Assembly (NCBI GenBank): GCA_964416505.1
Contig: CAYQEJ010000006.1
Coordinates: forward strand, 13,827 to 77,826
Direction: 5' to 3'
Source: an uncultured Gammaproteobacteria bacterium
GTDB taxonomy: Bacteria; Patescibacteriota; Microgenomatia; Levybacterales; UBA12049
Length of the DNA stretch: 64,000 nt
Shown here in pieces: positions 29,591-38,376 of the stretch. The first letter of the stretch is position 1. Each line of letters opens with the position of its first letter. The translations under genes and the position numbers were made by a program. Under the pieces are notes generated by a model. It worked only from the letters and a program-made list of their open reading frames with translations, did no database searches and had not been told where the DNA came from.

Positions 29591-31945
29591 TTAATTTTTT
29601 GTGAAAATTAATGTGGAATTTTGGTCAACTGAAATATTAATACTATCTCCTCTTACAATCTCTCCTGAAAGCATTTTTTTAGCTATTTCGTCTTCTACTT
29701 TATCCTGAATAAAACGAGCAAGTGGCCTTGCACCAAACTCCTCATCAAAACCACCTTTAGAAATAACTTCTATCGCAGATGGTGAAAAATTTAAAGCAAT
29801 ATCTTGTTCTTTTAACTTGGAAATTAATTTTTGAAGCATCAAATTGGTAATTTCTGAAATCTGCGAAGAACTTAAAGGATTAAAAATAACTATGTCATCA
29901 AATCTATTTAGAAGTTCAGGTTTAAATAATGCATTTTTCTGAAGAAAATCCAAAAGCACCTGATTGGAGAGCGAAGAATTTGACCTTAAGCTTTCCCTAA
30001 TTAACTCTGAACCTGCGTTACTAGTTGCAATAATGATAGCATTAGTAAAAGAAATCGTCCTCCCGCTTGAATCCGTCATTCTTCCATCATCTAAAACTTG
30101 AAGAAACAAATCTATAATTTTTTCATTTGCTTTTTCAAATTCATCGAGAAGAATTAGACAAAATTGATGATTCAAAACTTGATCAAGAAAACTGCCTGAA
30201 CTGTTTTCCAAAAATCTTCCAACAGAATCTGGACTTCCATATTCACTCATATCTACTCTAACTATTTTTTCTTCCCCTCCAAAATAAATTTTGGAGATAG
30301 ACTTTGCTGTTTCTGTTTTTCCCACACCAGTTGGACCTAAGAATAAAAATGAGATAGGTTTTTCTCGTGTCAGACCAACTCTAATTCTCCTGATTGCCTG
30401 CGATATTGATTTAATTGCCTGATCTTGACCAATCACAAACCTATGCATTTCCTTTTCCAGATTTAACAATAAGCTTTTTTCTTCCTGTGTAGGAGATCCA
30501 ACCGGAATATGACTTCTGTCACGTACTTTAGATAAAACATCTTCTTCTAAAACAATTTTGTTTTTTCTATTCGAAAGCCTTATTGAATTTGCAGTTTCTT
30601 CCAAAAGCTCTACAGCAGTTCCAGGAAGAGAAGCAGCCAGGTCAAATTTATCGGCATAAAAAATAGCAGTACGAATCGATTTGTAACTTAATTTTATTTT
30701 ATATTTTTCTTCTATATCTTCAGATTTTTGTAAAATCATCTTTAAAGCCTCATTACTGTCGGGTTCTTCTAATTTTATAATTTCAAATACTTCACGAAGA
30801 GAATTTTTCTCAAAATAGTTCTTGTATTCTCCGTTTGTCATTGTCGCAATTATTGGCATTTTTCCATCTTTAAGATAAGGAAGAATTGCTCCAGATAAAT
30901 TTACCCCATAAGAACTTGATCCTAAAAGATTTTGGAACTCTGGTATAAATAAAATTATATTTCCAGAATGTTTTACCTCTTCAATTATCGCCTGTAATCT
31001 TACCTCAAGCTCTTCTCTGTTCTGCGTCCCCGCAACTAGTGAACCTACAGATATTTCCAAAAATCTTCTATGATTAAGTTTTTTATTTAAGTTCGATTCG
31101 TAGCTATCAAAAATAAAATTTTCAACAAGTGTTGTTTTACCAACTCCTATATTTCCCACTAATAAAACATTGTTATCAGAATTTTTTTGAAGAGCCTCAA
31201 GCATTACTCCATACTGATCTTCACGTCCCTCGATATAAGATCTTTTTCTAATATTTGAAAATGTAATATCTTTTGTATAGTTTTTAGTTTCAGGTGTCCA
31301 TCCCCAAACTAGTGTTTCACCGATGCCAATTCCTATAAATCTTACGCGTCTTTTTTTAATTTCTTCTTCTTTAAAACTAATTCTTGCCCAATGATTAATA
31401 TTTAAAATATCATCCTCTTTTAATTTATTTGCAAATAATAATTTGGTTTGGTTCTCTGTTATTAAAAAATAAGAAGTCAATAAATCTGAAGAAGTAATAT
31501 ATTTTCCACTCTGACTTGACGCAATTTGAAAAGCTTTATTAAATAATTCTTCTTTTGTAAATTCCACAATCTCAAAAGAATTTTTATCAATTGCACACTT
31601 TTCAAGATAAAACCTGCCCCCCTTACTATTTAGTAGATAGCTAATTATGGATTTCGTATTTTTCTTAAACAAAACAGAAATTAATGCCTCTTTAGTAAAG
31701 CAGTCCAGTAAATTTTCTGGATTCTCTCTGATAGATTTAGAAGGAAATATTTCTTCCAATTCAAACTTAATAAAGATATGAATTATCAATGCAAGAGATA
31801 ATACAAAAAGTGGAACTGCTATATTCAATCCGTAAGCTATGGAATAAATTAACCACCCTAAAAAAATAAAAAATAAAATTATTTTTATAAATAGGAAAAC
31901 CAAAGAATTGTAAATTAAACTAACGCCAACTTTTCCCTCTCTCAT
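29591..31945 (-). CDS. ClpA/B/C-like double AAA+ ATPase with N-terminal TM segments
   Basis: GNIGVGKT and FLGPTGVGKTE, LLDEFEKA, FKPELLNRFD, FGARPL; ATGA overlap places the start at 31945. Confidence 0.9.
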   Translation of the reverse strand: MREGKVGVSLIYNSLVFLFIKIILFFIFLGWLIYSIAYGLNIAVPLFVLSLALIIHIFIKFELEEIFPSKSIRENPENLLDCFTKEALISVLFKKNTKSIISYLLNSKGGRFYLEKCAIDKNSFEIVEFTKEELFNKAFQIASSQSGKYITSSDLLTSYFLITENQTKLLFANKLKEDDILNINHWARISFKEEEIKKRRVRFIGIGIGETLVWGWTPETKNYTKDITFSNIRKRSYIEGREDQYGVMLEALQKNSDNNVLLVGNIGVGKTTLVENFIFDSYESNLNKKLNHRRFLEISVGSLVAGTQNREELEVRLQAIIEEVKHSGNIILFIPEFQNLLGSSSYGVNLSGAILPYLKDGKMPIIATMTNGEYKNYFEKNSLREVFEIIKLEEPDSNEALKMILQKSEDIEEKYKIKLSYKSIRTAIFYADKFDLAASLPGTAVELLEETANSIRLSNRKNKIVLEEDVLSKVRDRSHIPVGSPTQEEKSLLLNLEKEMHRFVIGQDQAIKSISQAIRRIRVGLTREKPISFLFLGPTGVGKTETAKSISKIYFGGEEKIVRVDMSEYGSPDSVGRFLENSSGSFLDQVLNHQFCLILLDEFEKANEKIIDLFLQVLDDGRMTDSSGRTISFTNAIIIATSNAGSELIRESLRSNSSLSNQVLLDFLQKNALFKPELLNRFDDIVIFNPLSSSQISEITNLMLQKLISKLKEQDIALNFSPSAIEVISKGGFDEEFGARPLARFIQDKVEDEIAKKMLSGEIVRGDSINISVDQNSTLIFTKN

Positions 31946-32277
31946 AAAATAAATAAAATTGCCAATGTAAGCACAGGCCACCAAATAAAAAATGCCAAAA
32001 AAGTAATTTCAAAAAAAATTAGCAGTAACAAAACAAATGAATCCACGATTATAAAAACACTTTTTACAAAAATTCCCATACCAATAGAAAATGCAACTAA
32101 TCCTTTTCTATACTCATTTTTAAGAGGCTTGAAGAAAGTTCTTATCATAAGCGGGAGAGAAAGAATCTGAAGAGCAGCGTGGTTTAAGCTCATGAAATAG
32201 TTTATAAGCCTCAAAGGCGCCTCGAGATACCAAAATTTAAGAAATAAAAATGGAATGGATAAATAAAATCCGGGCAT
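31942..32277 (-). CDS. small membrane protein translationally coupled to the Clp ATPase
   Basis: Hydrophobic; RTFFKPLKNEY; ATGA overlap. Confidence 0.8.
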   Translation of the reverse strand: MPGFYLSIPFLFLKFWYLEAPLRLINYFMSLNHAALQILSLPLMIRTFFKPLKNEYRKGLVAFSIGMGIFVKSVFIIVDSFVLLLLIFFEITFLAFFIWWPVLTLAILFIL

Positions 32278-32307
32278 TAAATTAAGTATATGAACTTGAG
32301 GCCAAAA

Positions 32308-33372
32308 TTACAAACCTGCTTTAATCTCCTGAGCTAAAAACGGATTCCACATGGCTCCAGTCGCACTCATTACAGCATCTGCGCCTTTTGATCTGTATTC
32401 GAAGTATTCTTTTGCGAGAGTAACTCCCCCAACTCCAATTATTGTAAAATTCAAGCCCATCTCTTCGCGCAATCTATATAATCTTTCGGTCATTTCTAGC
32501 CCTGCCCATTTAATTGGATGACCACATGTTCCCGATTTTAATCTCATCTGGCCACCTGGCAACGCTTGCTCTCCGTTTTCTTTGTAAACTTTTGCAGGAA
32601 TCGTATTGATAGCAGAAATTCCGTCGGCTATCTTTCCAACAGAACCAATTAATTTTTCCAGCAGTTTTTGATCTTCAAAATATGCAATTTTTATAATTAA
32701 TGGCATGTTTCCAATCTCATTTTTTATCTTTTCAACAATTTTAATAGTTCTTTGAATATCAAAGCAAACTAGATGCGCTGATCCTTCATTTGGACAGGAA
32801 AGATTTGCTTCCATAACCTTTACCCCAGTTTCTTTAACAAGTCTTACAGCTAATACATAATCTTCAATAAATTTATCTACGTTTCCCTCAGTCGTACCTT
32901 GAAAACTACCAATCACAACTTGTCCTTTTTTTGCATGCTTTATGCTTTTCGCCAAATCTTTCTGCCAAACTTCTGGATTCATAGAAGGAACTCCGAATGA
33001 ATTAGTTACAGCTAAAGGACTTCCATACTCTTGATTTCCAATCACTCCCTTTTCTGCCATCTCTAGAGTTAGGTCACCTTTTACTTTTACCGCTAAAACA
33101 TTCGGCCACTCATTTGAGATGCGGAATTTTGTTCTAACTGTTTTATAGGTAACGATGTCAAATCCTTTGTCTAATGCTGCATTAACATATTTTGAATTAA
33201 GAAGGGGGCCTGCAGGAATTCCAAAAGGAGTAAAAACAGGATTTCCAAAAAAATAATGATCTGGAATTCTTTTATCTTTATAGACTTTTTTGCTAGAAAA
33301 CTCTCCAAAAGGACCTTTTTTATAATTATCTTCGTAGGAAAGTAACGGATCAAAAAATGGTTTATGAATCAT
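32308..33372 (-). CDS. pyrD: dihydroorotate dehydrogenase-like flavoprotein
   Basis: PFGIPAGP, YKTVRT, NLSCPN, AINTI, IIGVGGV. Confidence 0.8.
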   Translation of the reverse strand: MIHKPFFDPLLSYEDNYKKGPFGEFSSKKVYKDKRIPDHYFFGNPVFTPFGIPAGPLLNSKYVNAALDKGFDIVTYKTVRTKFRISNEWPNVLAVKVKGDLTLEMAEKGVIGNQEYGSPLAVTNSFGVPSMNPEVWQKDLAKSIKHAKKGQVVIGSFQGTTEGNVDKFIEDYVLAVRLVKETGVKVMEANLSCPNEGSAHLVCFDIQRTIKIVEKIKNEIGNMPLIIKIAYFEDQKLLEKLIGSVGKIADGISAINTIPAKVYKENGEQALPGGQMRLKSGTCGHPIKWAGLEMTERLYRLREEMGLNFTIIGVGGVTLAKEYFEYRSKGADAVMSATGAMWNPFLAQEIKAGL

Positions 33373-33414
33373 TAGCAGTATTCTATATTATTTTATCAAA
33401 ATATCAATTTACAA

Positions 33415-33846
33415 CTAGAATCCAATTTTCTCAACAATTAAATATACAAAAAAATTATTATACAAATAATGCATAAATATTGCGATGATAACACTCACAA
33501 TTAACCAATAGACTCCCCTCTTACCCAATAAATAAATGAAGACAATATTTGAAGTATGAATTAAAGTTGTAAAAATCAATCTAACAAAAAACAATTTCAT
33601 GTTTCCTAATGCTAATATATTGGTTAAGTATAGAAATGATTCAGAAAGAGAAAATAAGATACCTGATAAAATAACTAGATTAATCAGCTTCCTTTTTATT
33701 TTTTCTTCTTCTTTAAGTATAAAAATAACAATTAACGCTGAAAAAAATTCTTCAATTACTGATGGAAAAGGAATAATCCATTCCAAAACCATTATTGGTA
33801 ATGGGCCAAAAAAGGAAAGAAGAGGAAGTATGTATAGCGCATTCAT
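33415..33846 (-). CDS. minimal PrsW-like intramembrane protease
   Basis: IEEFFS, FSLSES, LIHTS and HYLYN match the order EE / FxxxE / H / HxxxN; about 4 TMs. Confidence 0.6.
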   Translation of the reverse strand: MNALYILPLLSFFGPLPIMVLEWIIPFPSVIEEFFSALIVIFILKEEEKIKRKLINLVILSGILFSLSESFLYLTNILALGNMKLFFVRLIFTTLIHTSNIVFIYLLGKRGVYWLIVSVIIAIFMHYLYNNFFVYLIVEKIGF

Positions 33847-36800
33847 TAGTTAGAAATTATATACTGATCATTAACCCACCCTTTTATCAGTTTATCGTCA
33901 GTTTCTATTTCAACCTGAACCCATCCTGGTGATTCGTTTATTTTTTTTGCTTTCAAATTAGCGGTAATACTTTTTAAGATTTTCGTTGAGGTAGAAGGTC
34001 CGGATCTTAAATTTACTGCACTTGGCGTTGCAATAATTTCAATATTTTGGATTTCGGATTTTACTCCTAAAACAGACTTCGAATCTTCAATGTTTACTTC
34101 ATCATCTTCTCCTCTAGTTTTTTTATTTTCTTTTGTTTCAATAGTTTTTTCTCGGGGTAAATCATTTCGTAATTCATGAGTAATTTTCTTAGAAATAAAA
34201 AATACAAAAATTATTGAAATTAAAACTAAGATTATTAAAAACATGATTATTAATATTTTTTTTGTAACTCTCTTATCTAATTCATCAATCAAATCAGCAA
34301 GAGGCTGAAAATAATTTTTATAAAATTTCTTAGAGTCATTGTCTTTTCTACCATGTCCCGCTAAGGCTCTCATATAAAACGCCATAAAAACAAAACCAGC
34401 AAGTAGAATAATTACTATTCCCCACACAGCAAATGTTTGAACACCACCCACAAATCCGAATAATGAATTTGCTGAACTAGCTGAAGTAGCTAGCGTCTTA
34501 AGATCATCTATCTCAGCTTTAGCCTTATCTACCTGAGTCTTAGCATCACGGTATGCTTTTATTCTCTGCTCTGGAGTATTAGCTTCTTTCTGAATTCTAC
34601 TAGCTGAATCCAAAGAAGCTATCACATCTGCATAAAGAGTCGCTCCTTGACCAAAATAAGTTGTCCCCTTTAGTGGCCCATAAATTTCTTTTGCTTGAAT
34701 TCTTAGTGAATCTATTTCCTCGTCAGAAATTTTCCAAATATCTTCTACTTCAACTGAATAAATTTTTGTTTGATTAGGAGACAAAACTACCTGACCGCTT
34801 GCATAATAAGCGTCTTCTGAAGCATCATACTCAATTGTCAAATCATCATCTTTTTTTATCACATCTTTATCTGTAGCTTCTTTAGGAAGATAAAACTTAA
34901 CCGGAACAGTTTGCCTTATTGAAGTTGGGTTTGTAATTAAAGTTTTAAATATAATACTTCCTTCTTCAAGCCAAGTCTGAATAATAGGGGACTTCGTACC
35001 ATTTTCTAAAAGCGTCTTATTTGCTTGTGTTAATGCCTGAAGAGCTAAAACGCTATTTTTTAAACTCTGCAGATCTGAAGCATTTGCTTTCGAAAGCGTA
35101 AGAATATCTGAAACTCCCGAAATTGAATTTGAAGATGAGACATCAGAGGAAATTGAATTGACAGCATCTATAATATCAGATGCTGTATAGCTATCCCATT
35201 TTGCCAAAACATCTGAAAGACCTGCTCCTGAGGTATCGAGATCTTGGATTGTTTCTTTATTTAATTTAAGTCTTCCATACAAAGTCGCATCTGAAGAAGT
35301 ATCAGAACTAGTACCGATCTTGGTTTGCATAGATGATATTTCTGAAATTATCGATTGCAAATCCTGATATGCTGTTGTCGATTTCCCATTATAGTTTAAT
35401 TCGCTTCTCAAACTATTTAGATTTGCCTCTGTTGTAATAGCTGAATTATAAATATCATCTGCAGTTCTTGATCCCCATTTTCCTTTTATACAATTAACCT
35501 GTCCAAAGATCGTAGAATCCAAACATGTATCGGCTGAGTCACCTAGCGAAGCGACATCCAGATTGTTGATTGCAGTCATTAAATCAGAGATTGTATAAGA
35601 ACCCCACTTAGCAAGAATCGAATCAGCTTTGGAGTCTATAGAATCCACAGTAGTATTTACAGAATCCACAGTTGTACCTATCGCATCAACGCTTGATTGA
35701 ACTCCAGCTACATCAGTAGAGACCTGAGACAAACTTTTGTTATCCGGACCCTTAATTGAGGTTGTACTCGATGAAATATCCTCTCGGGTGGCTTGTATTT
35801 TACCAAACACCGTAGAAGCCGCAGAATTATCGCCAGAAGAACCTATATTTGTATTTAGAGTTTGTGCATATGTCTTTATTGCTTGAATATCCTGATATGC
35901 AGTTGAAGATTTTCCACCATAATCCAATTCACTTCGCAGAGAAGCAGAATACGTTGCAGCATTATTTGCAGCAGCATAAAGAGTATCCGCAGTTTGACTA
36001 CCCCACTTATCTCTAATACACTTTATCCCTCCGAAAACAGTACTTGTTACACAACTATCTGCGCTCGTTCCTAGACTAGACTCCAAATCATCTACATATC
36101 CTATAACATCAGACATTGAATAAGATCCCCATTTACTTAAGATGTCAGTAGTATCCGAAAAAATAGAATCGATATTCGTATCAAGAGTATCAACTTTTGC
36201 TTCAATTGAATTTAAAGAATTTTGCGCGGTAACTAGTCCAGAATTAATCTGGGTAAGATCTTTATTCCCGGAACCTTTTATAGAGGTTGTAGCTGAAGAT
36301 GTAGCATTATTTACATCTGTTTTCGTTGCCAAACTTTCCCCGTTATCTAGACTTGCTCCTGTTAGAGTTCTTGTTGCTGAGCTCCAAATATCCGTAACCA
36401 ATGTCCCAAATGTAGTTAACGATCTCGCTGAATAACTCCAGATATCAGAAATTAATGTGCCGAATGAACTTAAAGTTCTAGATGGATAATTCCAAATATC
36501 AGCTACAGCAGGAATACTATTTTGAAGCTTTTCTCCAAAAGAACCATTATTTGTATGCGCGCTCGCTGTAGCATCCCACACCTGATCAGGAATATTTTCT
36601 TCAATAGTAAAAGTTTTATCGAGCCTTAACGTTTGACCATTTGTAGTGCAAGTAATTTGACTTCTATAAGTTCCCAAAGTCATACCTGAAGTATTAAAAG
36701 CATAGTAATACCATCCATCATTTTGGGCAGCCGAGGTCATAGATTGAGAATTTAAGAATAAGGAACCATCGGGGTATCTTGCGGTTAATGTACAAGTAGC

Positions 36801-36977
36801 ATCTATTATGGGGTCATAACTATCATCATAAAGATATTCCCCTATTGAACAACTAGAGCCTTCCGTGCATTTTTGATAGCCTGCAGTTGCGGCATAAACA
36901 ACATTTTTTGAAATAAATACAGAAAAACAGATAAAAACTATTAAAAATACAGTTTTTATCTTAATATGAGACAGCAT
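33846..36977 (-). CDS. 1043-aa surface protein: Sec signal, Ig-like domain, repeat/coiled-coil stalk, TM hairpin, C-terminal SH3b
   Basis: Signal ending VYA; KWGS and (I/L)GxxxD...T(V/I/L)(F/Y)G repeats; two TMs; VNLRSGPST...GWVQV...GWV. Confidence 0.85.
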   Translation of the reverse strand: MLSHIKIKTVFLIVFICFSVFISKNVVYAATAGYQKCTEGSSCSIGEYLYDDSYDPIIDATCTLTARYPDGSLFLNSQSMTSAAQNDGWYYYAFNTSGMTLGTYRSQITCTTNGQTLRLDKTFTIEENIPDQVWDATASAHTNNGSFGEKLQNSIPAVADIWNYPSRTLSSFGTLISDIWSYSARSLTTFGTLVTDIWSSATRTLTGASLDNGESLATKTDVNNATSSATTSIKGSGNKDLTQINSGLVTAQNSLNSIEAKVDTLDTNIDSIFSDTTDILSKWGSYSMSDVIGYVDDLESSLGTSADSCVTSTVFGGIKCIRDKWGSQTADTLYAAANNAATYSASLRSELDYGGKSSTAYQDIQAIKTYAQTLNTNIGSSGDNSAASTVFGKIQATREDISSSTTSIKGPDNKSLSQVSTDVAGVQSSVDAIGTTVDSVNTTVDSIDSKADSILAKWGSYTISDLMTAINNLDVASLGDSADTCLDSTIFGQVNCIKGKWGSRTADDIYNSAITTEANLNSLRSELNYNGKSTTAYQDLQSIISEISSMQTKIGTSSDTSSDATLYGRLKLNKETIQDLDTSGAGLSDVLAKWDSYTASDIIDAVNSISSDVSSSNSISGVSDILTLSKANASDLQSLKNSVLALQALTQANKTLLENGTKSPIIQTWLEEGSIIFKTLITNPTSIRQTVPVKFYLPKEATDKDVIKKDDDLTIEYDASEDAYYASGQVVLSPNQTKIYSVEVEDIWKISDEEIDSLRIQAKEIYGPLKGTTYFGQGATLYADVIASLDSASRIQKEANTPEQRIKAYRDAKTQVDKAKAEIDDLKTLATSASSANSLFGFVGGVQTFAVWGIVIILLAGFVFMAFYMRALAGHGRKDNDSKKFYKNYFQPLADLIDELDKRVTKKILIIMFLIILVLISIIFVFFISKKITHELRNDLPREKTIETKENKKTRGEDDEVNIEDSKSVLGVKSEIQNIEIIATPSAVNLRSGPSTSTKILKSITANLKAKKINESPGWVQVEIETDDKLIKGWVNDQYIISN
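35240..36299 (-). repeat. ~176-aa tandem duplication within the 1043-aa protein (ends approximate)
   Basis: SSATTSIKGSGNK...KWGSY...CIRDKWGSQTAD...LRSELDYGGKSSTAYQD versus SSTTSIKGPDNK...KWGSY...CIKGKWGSRTAD...LRSELNYNGKSTTAYQD. Confidence 0.9.
36360..36503 (-). repeat. 18-aa (54-nt) tandem repeats, about 2.7 copies
   Basis: ADIWNYPSRTLSSFGTLI / SDIWSYSARSLTTFGTLV / TDIWSSATRTLT. Confidence 0.9.
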
Positions 36978-37153
36978 TATTTATTTTTACTTTCTTTTTT
37001 ACCTCCTTCGCTTTCTCCTCTAAAAGCCCCTAAAACTTCCTTCACAGCTTCAGATAAACCCTTAGCGAATTCTGGTAATTTTTTAGGACCAAATATTATT
37101 AAAAGAACAACAGCGATGATAATTATTTCTGTTTTACCTATTCCATCAAACAT
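36977..37153 (-). CDS. tatA: twin-arginine translocase TatA (58 aa, absent from the ORF track)
   Basis: MFDGIGKTEIIIIAVVLLIIFGPKKLPEFAKGLSEAVKEV...; FGPKKLP signature; SD AAGGGAGGTG; TAATG overlap with the next gene. Confidence 0.93.
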   Translation of the reverse strand: MFDGIGKTEIIIIAVVLLIIFGPKKLPEFAKGLSEAVKEVLGAFRGESEGGKKESKNK

Positions 37154-37179
37154 GATTAAACACCTCCCTTCGAGAGCAA

Positions 37180-37896
37180 TTAACGTCTATTTAATAGTAG
37201 ACCAAATTCAAACAAAAAGAAAAGTGGCAAACTAAGCAAAATTAACGAAACAATATCTGTTGGTGGAAGCAAAACAGCAACAATTAGGAGTAAAAAATAA
37301 ATATACTTACGTCTTCTAATAAGCTCATTTCTTTTTATTATATTAAGTCTTATTAAAGCTGAGATTACAACTGGGATCTGGAAAATTAATCCTGTTAAGA
37401 AAGACGTGAATATTATTTGAGCAAAGAAGTTTTGAATATCCCAAAAACTATTAACTCTAACATCTTTCCATACTACTGAGTAAAAATTTATTATTAGCTG
37501 CATTACCCATATTCCAAAAGAGAAACCTAAAACAAAAAGCACAACAGAAAGAGGAGCAAATGTTAAAAGTAATTTAGCTTCATTTGGCTTAAGTGCTGGC
37601 CTAAAAAATACAAAGAAACGAAAAAAAGCCAAAGGCGCAGCAACAATAATTCCACAAAAAATACTTATAGTAAAACTAAGGCTAATATATTGATAAGGAG
37701 AGGTAGTAACAATACTTACCCCTTTGAAAGTATAAAGATTCAAAATAAAACTAAATATTTTCTGACTATTAAAAAACCCCAACACTGCTCCTACTAAAAA
37801 AATTAATCCCACAAAAATAAAACTTTTTCTAAGTTCGAATAGGTATGGCTTATACTTTAAATATAATTCGGAAAGCTGCTGTGATTGATCATCCAT
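37180..37896 (-). CDS. tatC: twin-arginine translocase TatC
   Basis: LFELRK, TTSPY, FFRPALKPNE, FQIP, RRKY, PPTDIVS...LFE; about 6 TMs; adjacent to tatA. Confidence 0.92.
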   Translation of the reverse strand: MDDQSQQLSELYLKYKPYLFELRKSFIFVGLIFLVGAVLGFFNSQKIFSFILNLYTFKGVSIVTTSPYQYISLSFTISIFCGIIVAAPLAFFRFFVFFRPALKPNEAKLLLTFAPLSVVLFVLGFSFGIWVMQLIINFYSVVWKDVRVNSFWDIQNFFAQIIFTSFLTGLIFQIPVVISALIRLNIIKRNELIRRRKYIYFLLLIVAVLLPPTDIVSLILLSLPLFFLFEFGLLLNRR

Positions 37897-37957
37897 CAAC
37901 TAATGTTAACATTCTTACCCTTGATCAAACAATAATTATGTCGATAGAATAGCTTAT

Positions 37958-38374
37958 ATGGGCGCCAAATTTGATCCAATTTTAGGAAAACTCAGAACAG
38001 AAGACTTAGGAATAACTGAAGGAAGTTTCGGAATAACAATTGATGGCGGAGGAAACGTAATCTCAACAGGCGTAAAGGGATACGTTACTATTCCATACAA
38101 CTGCACTATTACGGGATGGGATATATTTGCTGATCAAGTAGGATCCTGCGTAATTGATCTTTGGAAAGATACTTATGCAAATTTTTCTCCCAACATTTCT
38201 GATTCTATTACTGGTTCTGAAAAACCTACTTTAACCTCAGCGCAAAAAAATCAGGATAATTCACTATCTACCTGGACAACATCTATTAGCGCAGGGGACA
38301 TAATTGCATTTAATGTAGATAGTGCTACAACAGTAACTCGGGTAAATGTTATTATTAAAGTGAATAAAATTTGA
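37958..38374 (+). CDS. beta-rich phage-fibre-like domain protein without signal peptide
   Basis: IDGGGNVISTGVKGYVTIPYNCTITGW...IDLWKDTYANF...AGDIIAFNVDSATTVTRV; resembles C-terminal domains of virion/fibre proteins (recollection). Confidence 0.65.
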   Translation: MGAKFDPILGKLRTEDLGITEGSFGITIDGGGNVISTGVKGYVTIPYNCTITGWDIFADQVGSCVIDLWKDTYANFSPNISDSITGSEKPTLTSAQKNQDNSLSTWTTSISAGDIIAFNVDSATTVTRVNVIIKVNKI

Positions 38375-38376
38375 AC

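Noticed and set aside
35240-36503. CRISPR array or DGR repeats
   Set aside because: The repeats are in-frame and conserved at protein level with synonymous divergence; no spacers, cas genes or reverse transcriptase
36966-37235. 89-aa plus-strand ORF in the track
   Set aside because: Antisense shadow of tatA, which has a clear family signature and SD
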